A DNA stretch of 64,000 nt from Oligoflexales bacterium (GTDB lineage: Bacteria > Bdellovibrionota_B > Oligoflexia > Oligoflexales > JAPPIL01): positions 1,824,001 through 1,888,000 of the forward strand of contig OZ244057.1 of NCBI GenBank assembly GCA_965215515.1, in the 5' to 3' direction. The notes beneath the pieces are model-generated. The model made no database searches, had not been told where the DNA came from, and was given only the letters and a program-made list of their open reading frames with translations. Shown here one piece after another: positions 30,520 through 40,697 of this stretch (positions are counted from its first letter, which is position 1; each line of letters opens with the position of its first letter). The position numbers were made by a program, and so were the translations under genes.

Positions 30520-31851
30520 TCAATAGCGATAAAAATCCGCTTTGTAGGGCCCCTCGATGGCTAGGTTGAGATATTCAGCCTGTGCTGCGGTCAGCTCGGT
30601 CAACTCAACCCCGAGTTGGGTGAGATGCAGTCGTGCGGTCTTTTCGTCCAGGGTCTTGGGCAAGACATGCACGCCCGCAGGTAACTGCTGCTGCCATAGA
30701 GTAAGCTGTGCCAGCACTTGACTGGAGAAGGAGGTGGACATAACGAAACTCGAATGACCTGTGGCACAACCGAGATTAACCAGCCTCCCGCTGGCCAGTA
30801 CCAGCAAGGCACGCCCGTCGGCGTGGAGATATTTGTCAACCCGTGGTTTGATGTTGATTTTGGTGATGTCGGGTTGTTCTTCGAGCCAAGCGATGTCGAT
30901 TTCGGCATCGAAGTGCCCGATGTTGCACAAGATGGCATGGTCTTTCATTCGCACAAAGTGTGCGCGCGTGATGACATCGCAACAGCCTGTAGCCGTAACA
31001 AATATATCGCCGCGAGGCGCGGCCTGTGCCATGGTTACGACTTGGTAACCCTCCATCGCCGCTTGTAAGGCGCAGATGGGATCGATTTCGGTGACCAGTA
31101 CCCGTGCCCCGAGGGCACGCAGCGACTGGGCGCAGCCTTTCCCGACATCACCGTAACCACAGACAACCGCTACCTTGCCTGCAATCATGACATCGGTGGC
31201 ACGTTTGATTCCATCGACAAGCGATTCGCGACAGCCGTAGAGGTTGTCGAATTTCGATTTGATCGCGGCGTTGTTGACATTGATGACGGGAACGGGCAGT
31301 TCGCCGACTGCGGCCATCTGGTAGAGACGATTCACCCCTGTGGTCGTTTCTTCGGAAATTCCCTTAATTCCCTTAAGCAGTTGCGGGTGCTGTTTAAAAA
31401 CCATCTCGGTTAGGTCACCGCCATCGTCGAGAATCAAGTTGAGGGGCTGCTCGTCGTCAAACATCAGAGTCTGTGCAACGCACCACCAGTATTCGTCTTC
31501 GCTTTCGCCTTGCCAGGCGAAGACAGGGACACCGCTGGCTGCGAGCGCGGCCGCGGCATGGTCTTGCGTCGAAAAAATGTTGCAGCTCGACCAGCGCACC
31601 TGTGCGCCGAGGGCGATCAAGGTTTCGATCAGCACTGCGGTCTGCACCGTCATGTGCAGACAGCCTGCGATCCGCGCCCCGCGCAGCGGTTGCTGCTCAC
31701 GGTACTCGGCACGCAGAGCCATCAGGCCTGGCATCTCCCGTTCCGCGATGACGATCTCCTTGCGTCCGAAATCGGCGAGGCCGATGTCGGCTACCTTGTA
31801 ATCCCGCCGTTGCGTTTGTCGTTTGTCGGTCTGGTGTTGAATGTTGGGCAT
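30520..31851 (-). CDS. ahcY: Adenosylhomocysteinase
   Basis: [39 protein letters not shown]; short form without the insert. Confidence 0.97.
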   Translation of the reverse strand: MPNIQHQTDKRQTQRRDYKVADIGLADFGRKEIVIAEREMPGLMALRAEYREQQPLRGARIAGCLHMTVQTAVLIETLIALGAQVRWSSCNIFSTQDHAAAALAASGVPVFAWQGESEDEYWWCVAQTLMFDDEQPLNLILDDGGDLTEMVFKQHPQLLKGIKGISEETTTGVNRLYQMAAVGELPVPVINVNNAAIKSKFDNLYGCRESLVDGIKRATDVMIAGKVAVVCGYGDVGKGCAQSLRALGARVLVTEIDPICALQAAMEGYQVVTMAQAAPRGDIFVTATGCCDVITRAHFVRMKDHAILCNIGHFDAEIDIAWLEEQPDITKINIKPRVDKYLHADGRALLVLASGRLVNLGCATGHSSFVMSTSFSSQVLAQLTLWQQQLPAGVHVLPKTLDEKTARLHLTQLGVELTELTAAQAEYLNLAIEGPYKADFYRY

Positions 31852-31921
31852 GTGCAGCAACCTCTTGAATTTTCCCCGCTCAGGTATCATAGTGGTTTTT
31901 TCTGCGGAGGGGAAGGGCGCT

Positions 31922-33451
31922 TTGTCTGACTTGATGCACAAAATCGTCTCGTTGTGCAAACGCCGTGGGTTTATTTTCCAGAGTAGTGAGATCTACGGTG
32001 GTTTGAAATCCGCTTATGACTTCGGCCCTATCGGGGTGGAGTTGAAACGCAACCTCGCGGACTGCTGGTGGCAGCAGATGGTGCATGAGCGCGATGATGT
32101 GGTGGGCTTCGATGCCTCTGTCGTCATGCACCCTAAAGTGTGGGAAGCGTCGGGGCATGTGCAGGGTTTCTGCGATCCGCTCGTCGATTGCTTGAACTGT
32201 CAGCAGCGTTTTCGGGCGGACAAAGCACCGCCACAGCCTGTCGGCGAGGTGGTCACCTATGTGCGCGGCGGCGGCAAAAAAGGTCAACGTCTACAGGGGC
32301 GGGTGGCGGATTGTGGCTATGTGTGTCCGCATTGCGGCGCACCGACGTTGAGTGCGGAACGTCGCTTCAACCTCATGTTTCAGAGCACCCTCGGCCCTAT
32401 CGATCCGCGGGAAGAGTTGTTGCATGACCTCAGGCACGATAAAAATTTAACGTTAGCGGGGGTGCGTGCCCGTCTTCAGCAACTCGATCGCAGTAGCACC
32501 GTCTATCTGCGTCCTGAAACTGCACAGGCGTTGTTCGTGCAGTTTGCCAACGTCGTGCAGACGACAGGGCAAAAAATTCCTTTCGGCATCGCGCAGATCG
32601 GGAAAGCTTTTCGCAATGAAATCGTCACCGAGCATTTTATCTTCCGATCGTGCGAATTCGAGCAGATGGAATTGGAGTATTTTATCGCTCCTGACAGCTG
32701 GCGGGAGCAGCTTGAGTATTGGAAGAGCAAACGTCTCGACTGGTATCATGCCCTCGCTAATCACGCCGAGTCTTTTCGTCTGCGGCAGCACACGCAGGAT
32801 GAATTAGCGCACTATGCACAGGACTGCTACGATGTTGAGTTCTTGTTTCCGTGGGGCTGGGATGAGTTGGAAGGTATTGCCTCGCGGGGTGATTACGACT
32901 TGCACAGCCACCAGCAGGCGACAGGAGCGAAGCTCAGTTACTTCGATCCGCATCAGGTCAACACCGAGACAGGCAAGCAGGGGGTGCGTTACACACCGTA
33001 TGTGATCGAACCCTCAGCAGGTTTGACGCGTGCGGTGCTGGCACTGCTGCTCGATGCTTATCGGGAGGACAGGGGAGTTGACCATCAAGGCGGCGCGAAA
33101 CAACGGGTCTTTTTGCAGCTACATCCTCGTCTCGCTCCGTACAAGGCGGCGGTCTTGCCCTTGATAAAAAACAACCCTGCACAGGTGGCGATGGCGCAGC
33201 ACATCACGCGGACCCTAAAAAAGCATTCGCTACACGTCTGTTGTGACGACAATCAATCGATCGGCAAACGCTATGCCCGTCACGACGAAATCGGCACACC
33301 GTTTTGTATCACCGTCGACCCACAATCGCAGATTGACAACACCGTGACCTTACGGGAACGTGACACCACCGCGCAACAACGCCTCGCCTGTGATGCCCTG
33401 CCCGCTAAGATTGCTGCGGCACTGGTGCTACCTGGGGAGGGCAGCGCTTAG
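31922..33451 (+). CDS. glyQS: Glycine-tRNA ligase (alpha2 type)
   Basis: CKRRGF, LRPETAQ, FRNEI, FEQMELE, VIEPSAG, anticodon domain; start TTG 31922 or ATG 31934. Confidence 0.96.
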   Translation: MSDLMHKIVSLCKRRGFIFQSSEIYGGLKSAYDFGPIGVELKRNLADCWWQQMVHERDDVVGFDASVVMHPKVWEASGHVQGFCDPLVDCLNCQQRFRADKAPPQPVGEVVTYVRGGGKKGQRLQGRVADCGYVCPHCGAPTLSAERRFNLMFQSTLGPIDPREELLHDLRHDKNLTLAGVRARLQQLDRSSTVYLRPETAQALFVQFANVVQTTGQKIPFGIAQIGKAFRNEIVTEHFIFRSCEFEQMELEYFIAPDSWREQLEYWKSKRLDWYHALANHAESFRLRQHTQDELAHYAQDCYDVEFLFPWGWDELEGIASRGDYDLHSHQQATGAKLSYFDPHQVNTETGKQGVRYTPYVIEPSAGLTRAVLALLLDAYREDRGVDHQGGAKQRVFLQLHPRLAPYKAAVLPLIKNNPAQVAMAQHITRTLKKHSLHVCCDDNQSIGKRYARHDEIGTPFCITVDPQSQIDNTVTLRERDTTAQQRLACDALPAKIAAALVLPGEGSA

Positions 33452-33523
33452 GCTTTCTTGATGACAGCGTGCCAGGGGCGTTGTACAGTCCACCCCAGCC
33501 TTGTAGAGAACGGATGCAAGAAA

Positions 33524-34309
33524 ATGGCATTGAACGAGGCGCAGCAGGTGTTGACTGCGCTGTGGCAAAAACGCAGGCTACCACAGGTTATTCTCTTTTA
33601 CGGGCGGGAGGGCATGCCTGCTCCCCGTCTGCTCGCCTGGCTGTTGCCACAGCTGCTTTGCCAGCAGGGCAGCGCTTGTGGACACTGCTTTGCTTGTCGC
33701 GCTCTGGCTCACGCTAACCATGACGATGTGCTATCCTATGATGCCGCCCAGGAAAGTTTCGGAGTCGCGGCGGCAAGTCGGGTGCAGAATTTCTTACCCC
33801 TGAGCGGTGGGACACGCATCGTTGTCGTGCAGGCTGCACACTTGATAACCCGTCCTGCAGCCAACAAACTGCTTAAAATTCTCGAAGAACCACCTCCGCA
33901 TGCACACATTTTTCTAACCTCAACCGCCTACGGGCAGTTGTTACCCACCGTTACCTCGCGCTGTTTTCACTTCCTCCTCAAGGAGTCGGAGGATGCGCCA
34001 TGCCGTGGCTTTGCGACACAGTTTGAGCAGTTGCGCACAGCCTCCAGCTGGTCACAGCGTCTAGCGGTGATAAGAAAGCTGCGGGAACACAAATGCGAAC
34101 TGCCAGAGTTTTTATTTTTTTACGAGCAGTACCTCAACCAGTGCTACCGCGCTGCCTTAGCCCGTGGCAAGGGAGAGACACAGGCTACCGCGGTGCGGCG
34201 CACGCGCCTGTATGACATCAAGTGTCTGTTGCAACAACGGGTAAGTTTGCATACACAACTAGCGATGGAGAGTGTGTTGGCAGCAAGCGCAGACGGAGGA
34301 CAAAGATGA
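33524..34309 (+). CDS. holB: DNA polymerase III delta' subunit (divergent)
   Basis: C..ACGHCFAC, AANKLLKILEEPP, LLPTVTSRC; upstream of ricT. Confidence 0.85.
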   Translation: MALNEAQQVLTALWQKRRLPQVILFYGREGMPAPRLLAWLLPQLLCQQGSACGHCFACRALAHANHDDVLSYDAAQESFGVAAASRVQNFLPLSGGTRIVVVQAAHLITRPAANKLLKILEEPPPHAHIFLTSTAYGQLLPTVTSRCFHFLLKESEDAPCRGFATQFEQLRTASSWSQRLAVIRKLREHKCELPEFLFFYEQYLNQCYRAALARGKGETQATAVRRTRLYDIKCLLQQRVSLHTQLAMESVLAASADGGQR

Positions 34310-35184
34310 GCTATGTCAACCTTGCCGCGGTACAGTTCAAGCGCGCGGGCAAGATTTACCACTTCGCGGTGCGGGAACACATGGCATTGCTGGTTGGCGA
34401 TACGGTGGTCGTCGATACCGATCGCGGCTTGAGCCTCGCCGAAGTCGTGCAGCTGGTCTATGAAAAGGGTAATGAGAAGAAAATCAAGCCTGTCGTCAGG
34501 AAAGCGACGGCCAGCGACTTGCAGGAAGGGCGTACCGCCGCTGACGAAGCACGTGCCTTCGTGCAAAAAAAAATTACCCAGTTGGAACTGAACATGAGGG
34601 TACTCAAGGTCGAAGTACAGTTCAGTGGCAATAAGATCGTCGTCTATTTTTCGGCCCCAGGGCGGATCGATTTCCGCAAACTAGTCAAGGAAATTGCCAC
34701 AGGGTTAAGACTGCGCGTCGAGCTTAAACAAGTCGGACCGCGCAACGAAACCAAGCTGCTCGGCGGCATGGGTGTGTGTGGACGTGAGTACTGCTGCTCC
34801 AGTTTCTTGCGCGACTTTTTGCCCGTCTCCACCCGCATGGCTAAAAACCAAAACCTCGCACTCAACCCCAGCAAAGTCAGCGGCGGCTGCGGACGGCTGC
34901 TGTGCTGCTTGAAGTACGAAAACGACACCTACACCGAACTGCGCCGCAAACTACCCCCCAAGGGTACGCTCGTAGAGATCATCAACCACAACCTGCGCGG
35001 CACAATCAGCAAAGTCGACCTACTCAACGAAATGCTCAGCGTAACAACAGATAACGACGAACACCTCAACATCGCCGCTGATCAAGTCAAAGTGCTGCAA
35101 ATTCCCACCCGCACACGTACTGCCACCAAAACCAGCGATGAACAAGACTGGGGAGAAGACATCGACCTGAAGGATCTGGTTTAA
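34306..35184 (+). CDS. ricT: PSP1/RicT (YaaT) family protein
   Basis: RIDFRKLVK, GVCGREYCC, MAKNQ, SGGCGRLLCCLKYE; ATGA overlap with holB. Confidence 0.92.
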   Translation: MSYVNLAAVQFKRAGKIYHFAVREHMALLVGDTVVVDTDRGLSLAEVVQLVYEKGNEKKIKPVVRKATASDLQEGRTAADEARAFVQKKITQLELNMRVLKVEVQFSGNKIVVYFSAPGRIDFRKLVKEIATGLRLRVELKQVGPRNETKLLGGMGVCGREYCCSSFLRDFLPVSTRMAKNQNLALNPSKVSGGCGRLLCCLKYENDTYTELRRKLPPKGTLVEIINHNLRGTISKVDLLNEMLSVTTDNDEHLNIAADQVKVLQIPTRTRTATKTSDEQDWGEDIDLKDLV

Positions 35185-35301
35185 AGTAACTTATTAAAAA
35201 TATAATATATATTTGTTTTATTTTTGTTTTTAACAACTTCTGTTATCTTTTTTATTAAAAATAGATTAAGTTTTTATTTTAAATAAGCGATCAGTTGGTG
35301 A

Positions 35302-35775
35302 ATGGTTTATTTTTATCTACGCAGGGGAGTATCGGCTGTGTCGGTTAATTTTATCAGCAATGCCGTATTGTTGTTGTTTTTGCTCTGTGCTTGTGGTGTG
35401 CCTGAGGGTGGAATTTCTAGTGCGAGAAAAGAGGAGCAGTGGCATGCTGCTGACGGGGAGCAGGGGAGGAATAGCTATCGTTTGGAGTTGAGCAAGGTAG
35501 TTGATGTCGCGGTAGGCGAAAAATTCTATGTCGCGGCGGCGCTGCATGACTGTGCAGGACGGGTATTGACGGGCGAGGCCGCGACGGCGGAGATAGCTTT
35601 GCACATCAGGGATGGGGACGAGTATAGTCCTTTGGCAACCGTCAAAGCTCGCGAAGGGGTGGCACACTTTTACGTGATGATGCAAAAAGCGGGCAACAAC
35701 TACGTGTTGCAAGCGGAAGCGGAGATTGCGGGGGAAACTGTCGTTGCCCTGAGCGGGCCGTTCAACTCCCCCTAG
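35302..35775 (+). CDS. Hypothetical lipoprotein, probably Ig-like
   Basis: LLCAC lipobox, beta-rich; start uncertain. Confidence 0.6.
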   Translation: MVYFYLRRGVSAVSVNFISNAVLLLFLLCACGVPEGGISSARKEEQWHAADGEQGRNSYRLELSKVVDVAVGEKFYVAAALHDCAGRVLTGEAATAEIALHIRDGDEYSPLATVKAREGVAHFYVMMQKAGNNYVLQAEAEIAGETVVALSGPFNSP

Positions 35776-35938
35776 GAATATGTCGCTTGCGCGGTATGAT
35801 TGCCATTCAGGAACGTGATCGTGACCGCCGTTTCTGTACGCAGCATGGTATGCCGCAGGGGAGAGCGCACACGCAGGACGAAGAGATGTTGCAACGGTTC
35901 GACAAAGCAACTCCGCTTGTCCGCAGCTAGATCAGTAC
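35772..35938 (-). pseudogene. mtaB: Duplicated mtaB 3' remnant with internal 534-bp deletion
   Basis: 35774-35877 matches 50771-50874; 35873-35938 matches 51404-51469. Confidence 0.9.
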
Positions 35939-35975
35939 TGTAGATGCCCCCGTAAAAAACGGACACCCTATCGGC
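35939..35975 (+). mobile_element. IS2-like (IS3 family) left end
   Basis: TGTAGATGCCCCCGTAAAAAACGGACACCCTATCGGC; related copies at 17241, 43014, 46097 and 50481. Confidence 0.8.
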
Positions 35976-36018
35976 AGTTCGGAGGCACTCAAGAGAGAGG
36001 AAGCGGGGGTATAGTTCA

Positions 36019-37233
36019 CTACTCTTTTTTCAGTTCACCCCAGGTGGTGGTTTGTTTGCCTTTTGCTGCGACAGGCATAGCCTTGGGGTGGGCGGCGATG
36101 AGGGTGACGATACGGGGCAGCTCAAGCTGGCGGGCGAGGTCTAGTGCCCTATGCCCGTCTGCGTTTTTGAGGAAGGGTTTGATGTCCTGGTGTGCAATGA
36201 GCCTAGCCACTACGTCATCGAAGCGCTTTAGCACCGCGTGGTGCAGGGCGGTCAGGCCGTCTTTATCCTGGGCGTTGATGTCGATACCTTGATGCTTGCT
36301 AAGCTCAATAACTAGTTCCTTGTAGCCTTTCAGTACCGCGTGGTGCAGGGCGGTCAGGCCGTCTTTATCCTGGGCGTTGATGTCGATGTCACGATCGTCG
36401 TTGAGCACCTCGCCTGCCCAGAAATCACTTCTTCCGTACTTGATCTCGAAGATCAGCGGGTATTTGGGGCGGCAACCCATGGGGTCTTCCTCTAACTCAT
36501 ATTCGGGAAAGGCACAGTCTTCCAGTGGCAGTCCCTCGTGCACATGCCTGTAGAGCCAGATGATACCGTTGATGTCGTCTTTGAAAAGCACGGCAAGGCC
36601 GTCAAGTGCGATAGGATCTTCGTGTCCTCTTATATCACCGCTCAAGGCCATCACGGAATTTGGCTGCGTGCCTCTAGTGTGCTTTAGACCGCCTTTACTG
36701 ACCCCTGGCTTGCCCCGCTCCTTCGTAGTAATGTAGGTATCGTCAAGACCGAAAACGTGCCCCATTTCGTGCATAAGGCTGTTCATAAGTTGTATCACTG
36801 CCTTCGTGCCGCTGCGCAGATTGATGCCAGGTGTGGCTCCTCCTACGAGTGCTGTGGAAGCGCCGAGACCGCAGTGGAAGATGATCCACATATCCCCTGC
36901 GGCAGGGCGAGGATCGGCAACAAGCCGATAACGAAAATCTTTGACGATCTGCTTGTCAGTGTAGTCACGCAACGGTTGTAACCAGGTACGCAAGGCTTTG
37001 CTGACTGCGCCAGTAAGTCTCTCATCGTTGTTTCTCGCCTCGGGCGGACAGTCGTCGCCGTAGCCGTAATTGATAACCAAGTGTGGTGCATGCACCTTGT
37101 TGATGAGCGCACCATGGAGACGCAATCGCTGCTCGTGATGAAGGGCCATGAACTTCTTGTCCGCGGGAGGCGGCGGACGCAGAATACAGGAAGTGAGGAG
37201 CACAAAAGAAAGGATGGTTAGCAGTTTCATCAT
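36019..37233 (-). CDS. Lipoprotein metzincin peptidase with ankyrin repeats, cassette 1
   Basis: AGGAG + MMKLL..LLTSC lipobox, HEMGHVFGLDD, Met-turn NSVM, INAQDKDGLTALHHAV x2, C-terminal KGKQTTTWGELKKE. Confidence 0.88.
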   Translation of the reverse strand: MMKLLTILSFVLLTSCILRPPPPADKKFMALHHEQRLRLHGALINKVHAPHLVINYGYGDDCPPEARNNDERLTGAVSKALRTWLQPLRDYTDKQIVKDFRYRLVADPRPAAGDMWIIFHCGLGASTALVGGATPGINLRSGTKAVIQLMNSLMHEMGHVFGLDDTYITTKERGKPGVSKGGLKHTRGTQPNSVMALSGDIRGHEDPIALDGLAVLFKDDINGIIWLYRHVHEGLPLEDCAFPEYELEEDPMGCRPKYPLIFEIKYGRSDFWAGEVLNDDRDIDINAQDKDGLTALHHAVLKGYKELVIELSKHQGIDINAQDKDGLTALHHAVLKRFDDVVARLIAHQDIKPFLKNADGHRALDLARQLELPRIVTLIAAHPKAMPVAAKGKQTTTWGELKKE

Positions 37234-37249
37234 GGTTCTCCTTGTATTA

Positions 37250-40200
37250 CTACTCAAAAAGAAGTGGAGCAGCGTTGGCACAGTTATCGTTCGATGCGCA
37301 TGAAACTGGAGGATGGCTACTATCTTTTTGGCATCCATTCCCACTATCACCAATTTCGTTAAGCAGACTGCTCTTGATATTTTCTAGGAAAATTTCCACA
37401 CCAGCATCATCAGCTGCTGTCGTCAGCAAATTGCGCCCAATCTGCTCGAGGCAGTCGCGACTTTGGGAAGTTAGTGCACCTGCCTCGTCAGGGGGGTTGT
37501 CACCACATTCCGATGCTGATGCTGCTGCAGCTCTTATCATATCTCCTCTCGTGCAGGTGAGGCTATTATTTTTCTTAGCGCAACCAGTCTTATCTCCTGC
37601 CATACTGTCTGTACGAGCAGCGTTATAGGCATTGACGATACAACCTTTGTATAATTCATGTAGTTGCGGCGTTGGCGGCGGCGGTGGCGGTTCAAGGGGA
37701 GTACACGTGCATGTGAATGCGTAGGTCTTTCCTGCCACCTGATCAGCGTTAAATGTTCCTAAGCAGTATTCTTCTGCGTAGATATACGGAACATCTGCAA
37801 ACCCTTCCACCGTTACACCATCGTGCGTGTAGGTTGCACACTTACTATTACATTCGCAATAAAAATTTGGGGGATTGCCAGATAAAATAAAACTACCGCC
37901 CTCACTGTTGCACGCCTCTTCTGCAATTTCAACAGTTTCACCATCTCTGTATCTTGTGCATGTATTTTCCTCCAGTTTGTTATCTGTCTCGCAAGGATTA
38001 TGTACATCATCAGGGCAATCTCGTTCAAGCACGGACGCACTTTGGTCGGTGCGAATAGGGATGCAGACATTTGTCTTACCTTCTTCGCAGGGGTTGTTGC
38101 ACGATACGGTGACTACCTGCTGTTGTTTGCAGTTACCGTTACCATTTAGATCTATGCAATTTCCCCAATTGTCAGGATCTGCTACGTGTGTTGGGCAATT
38201 TTGTGGGTGAGGAGGAGTCGTTTTACCGAAGACTCTTCGTGTAGCCATACCCATAGGCTTATTATGATCAGGACAGCTAGTTGGTGTGCATTTATTGGTC
38301 GTCACAGCCGTTTGTTCCTTACACTGACATGTGTATCTAGACACGGTCACCGTCGGCGACCAAGCACCGATCTCAGGTCTGCAGGAGCATTGGGGAGTAG
38401 GTGTTTTTTCGGGGAGTGTTGCGGCAGCATCTGACGGTTCTTCGGAGCACTCACACTCCCCGCTAGCCGAGTTCCAGTAGACTTTGCGGGAATCATCGCC
38501 ACAGCCGCCGTCTGCATGAGAGTTCATATCATCAGAAGCATCACAGCAGTAATTACCGTTAGTGTTCTCAGTGCATCCTTCGGGTGGCGGCGTAACAACT
38601 CCCCCTTTTGCGCACTCACACCTAGGAGCAGGGGGAACAGTATCCCCGTTCCAATTCACCGTGTAGTCCTCCAGACAGTCACTGCTTGGTCGTAGTTTGA
38701 CCTCATGATCATCTGCATCGGCACAACAGTAGTTGCTGTTAGTGTACTCATTGCATTCAGGCGTTGGCGTTGGCGTTGGTGGCGGAGGAGGCGGATCAGT
38801 AGTATCAACACAGCCAGTGCAGGCAACAGCCTCACTAGTGGGGCAATTCTTACGAACAAACCCCACGCCTACAGGGCAAGGACCGTCACTACTGACACCA
38901 GCACAGGGATCACTGCAGGTTCTGCTGCGCATTTCGTGGCAGTACATAGGATCACTCGAATCTGTTACAAAAGCATTTCTTGCACAGGCACTCCATTCAC
39001 CCCAGTCCCGACAATTGGCAGCACAATTGACTGGTTTCTCGCCGCAGACAACTCGGCTAAATTCAGTATGCTCATCGGGACAACTGAAGCCATCCTGACA
39101 ACCAGCTGGGTTATTTGGATGTGGTTCCCAATCTGCAGTAGCATTCCCTGTTTGCGTTACCTCCTTACAGGTGTAATCTTCACTGAGAGGATTCCAAGTT
39201 ATCTCGGCACTCATCACCTTGCACACACAAATACATTCAGTCCTGGTGTCACCTTCTCTGCACGGACATTCGGTGGTAGTGCACTCAGCGATAGGCTTTA
39301 ATCCTTCTTTAGTGCGGATAATGATGGTTTCTGTCTCTTCTGGGCATGTTGTTCCTGGTGGGAGAGTACCAATAGGTGTGCAAGTGATAGTGGTAGTTTT
39401 TGTCTCCGTGTAATTTTTGCATGCACATACGTCTGCTGGCTTTTCTGCTGCTATCCATCCCCCTTCACTACTCACGCAATCACACCGCCCTGGTGGTGTT
39501 GGTGTTGGTGTTGGTGTTGGTGTCGGATCAGGCGTTGGCGTTGGTGGCGTTGGCGTTGGTGGCGTTGGCGTTGGCGTTGGTGGCGTTGGTGTTATGCAAA
39601 CCTTCGTCCCTATAACTGTTACCCGCCTATTTCGTGCCTCTCTTGGACAGGGAGGCCATCCTCTACAGGTTCTCGTCTGTGGTTCATATTCATATCTCGA
39701 TTCGCCCTCACAAGCGTTGGGATCTGTCCTACTATCACTCACCGCAGGCTGCCAAGGAGTACATCCGCATCTCCTACAGCAGCCCTTATTAGGGGCACTA
39801 TCATTGAACGTCCCCCACCACCCGTTGCAGGTTAAGCTAAATGTATTAGCCACCTCGGTATTACCATCACAGCACTGTGTTGTCGGATCACATGGTGGCG
39901 GAGGCGGTGGTGTTGGTGTTGGTGTTGGCGGCGGCGGCGGAGGTGGTGCCCCTATTCCTGCGGGGCAGTACTTGGTGATGTTGCGGCAGACCGTGGGCTT
40001 GGCATCGCGCAACGCCATCCTCACCGCATCACCCCGCGTATAGTCACACTCCTCTCTCCCCCCGCCATGACAATCGGGATAAATATACCTGCCCTCAGCA
40101 TCGGCATAGGCAAAGGCAACCGCAACATTACCAGGACGCAACTGATAAAAATAACGTAACTGTCCACAGGCTTGCGGACGGAAACCCAGATGATTATTCA

Positions 40201-40522
40201 ACCCCTGATCGCGATCATCGGCGTAGTCCCCACAATCACCCCTAGTACCGTCCTCATTCTTGTAGCCGATACCACCATCAGGGGCGAGCAACGCGGAGCC
40301 ACTGTAGTACCTGAAGTGCTCGATCTTATACACCGCCTGCAGACTAGCCAGATGGGCGAGGTTGCTCTTCGCCTCCCCCCGCCGTGCCTGCGCCAAGAAA
40401 GCATGATAACGCGGCAGCGCCAAGGCGACCAAAATGCCGATAACCGCCACCGCGACCATCAACTCCACCAAACTTAAACCCGCTCTCGTCCGCACCACTT
40501 CCCTTTTTTTGGCTAAAAACAA
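37250..40522 (-). CDS. Giant type IV pilin with Pro/Thr hinges and Cys-rich (TSP1-like) body, cassette 1
   Basis: Class III signal RAG|LSLVELMVAVAVIGILVALALPRY; WGEWSAC..RSRTC; true start probably GTG at 40498/40495. Confidence 0.88.
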   Translation of the reverse strand: MFLAKKREVVRTRAGLSLVELMVAVAVIGILVALALPRYHAFLAQARRGEAKSNLAHLASLQAVYKIEHFRYYSGSALLAPDGGIGYKNEDGTRGDCGDYADDRDQGLNNHLGFRPQACGQLRYFYQLRPGNVAVAFAYADAEGRYIYPDCHGGGREECDYTRGDAVRMALRDAKPTVCRNITKYCPAGIGAPPPPPPPTPTPTPPPPPPCDPTTQCCDGNTEVANTFSLTCNGWWGTFNDSAPNKGCCRRCGCTPWQPAVSDSRTDPNACEGESRYEYEPQTRTCRGWPPCPREARNRRVTVIGTKVCITPTPPTPTPTPPTPTPPTPTPDPTPTPTPTPTPPGRCDCVSSEGGWIAAEKPADVCACKNYTETKTTTITCTPIGTLPPGTTCPEETETIIIRTKEGLKPIAECTTTECPCREGDTRTECICVCKVMSAEITWNPLSEDYTCKEVTQTGNATADWEPHPNNPAGCQDGFSCPDEHTEFSRVVCGEKPVNCAANCRDWGEWSACARNAFVTDSSDPMYCHEMRSRTCSDPCAGVSSDGPCPVGVGFVRKNCPTSEAVACTGCVDTTDPPPPPPTPTPTPECNEYTNSNYCCADADDHEVKLRPSSDCLEDYTVNWNGDTVPPAPRCECAKGGVVTPPPEGCTENTNGNYCCDASDDMNSHADGGCGDDSRKVYWNSASGECECSEEPSDAAATLPEKTPTPQCSCRPEIGAWSPTVTVSRYTCQCKEQTAVTTNKCTPTSCPDHNKPMGMATRRVFGKTTPPHPQNCPTHVADPDNWGNCIDLNGNGNCKQQQVVTVSCNNPCEEGKTNVCIPIRTDQSASVLERDCPDDVHNPCETDNKLEENTCTRYRDGETVEIAEEACNSEGGSFILSGNPPNFYCECNSKCATYTHDGVTVEGFADVPYIYAEEYCLGTFNADQVAGKTYAFTCTCTPLEPPPPPPTPQLHELYKGCIVNAYNAARTDSMAGDKTGCAKKNNSLTCTRGDMIRAAAASASECGDNPPDEAGALTSQSRDCLEQIGRNLLTTAADDAGVEIFLENIKSSLLNEIGDSGNGCQKDSSHPPVSCASNDNCANAAPLLFE
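39490..39592. repeat. In-frame (GGYGTT)n/GGT simple repeat encoding a Pro-Thr hinge
   Basis: Visible hexamer runs; similar tracts at 38760-38793, 39893-39947 and 49729-49793. Confidence 0.9.
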
Positions 40523-40540
40523 AACTTTCCCGCGCGAACA

Positions 40541-40566
40541 TCATCGGCGTTTTTTTTTTCACTTTA
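40541..40566 (-). promoter_or_regulatory. Sigma-28-like pilin promoter with A10 tract in the spacer (14 nt)
   Basis: TAAA-gtg(A)10c-GCCGATGA. Confidence 0.62.
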
Positions 40567-40629
40567 GTTACGTTGCCAAAACCCCCAAATTACCATTGTC
40601 TACCTGCAATATTGCGGGAGAGAGGGAAG

Positions 40630-40688
40630 ATGGGGCGCTGCCCCATACCCCGCACAACTTTTTGAAAAAAGTTGGAGCAAAAACTCAA
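40630..40688. repeat. Palindromic REP/MITE-like repeat, copy B
   Basis: TGGGGCGCTGCCCCA hairpin plus CAACTTTTTgaAAAAAGTTG; inverted copy of 3314-3370. Confidence 0.75.
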
Positions 40689-40697
40689 TTCCTGAGT

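Noticed and set aside
30520..31959. Apparent head-to-head overlap of ahcY and glyQS ORFs
   Set aside because: Artefact of longest-ORF calling; realistic starts (31851 and 31922) leave a 70-bp divergent promoter region.
35185..35290. Very AT-rich stretch as replication origin
   Set aside because: No DnaA-box cluster seen; more likely a terminator/promoter region.
37234..37353. N-terminal extension of the 444 aa ORF
   Set aside because: Overlaps the pilin 3' end; the SD and lipoprotein signal place the start at 37233.
39417..40043. Gly/Val-rich + strand ORF
   Set aside because: Antisense shadow of the Pro/Thr repeats in pilin 1.
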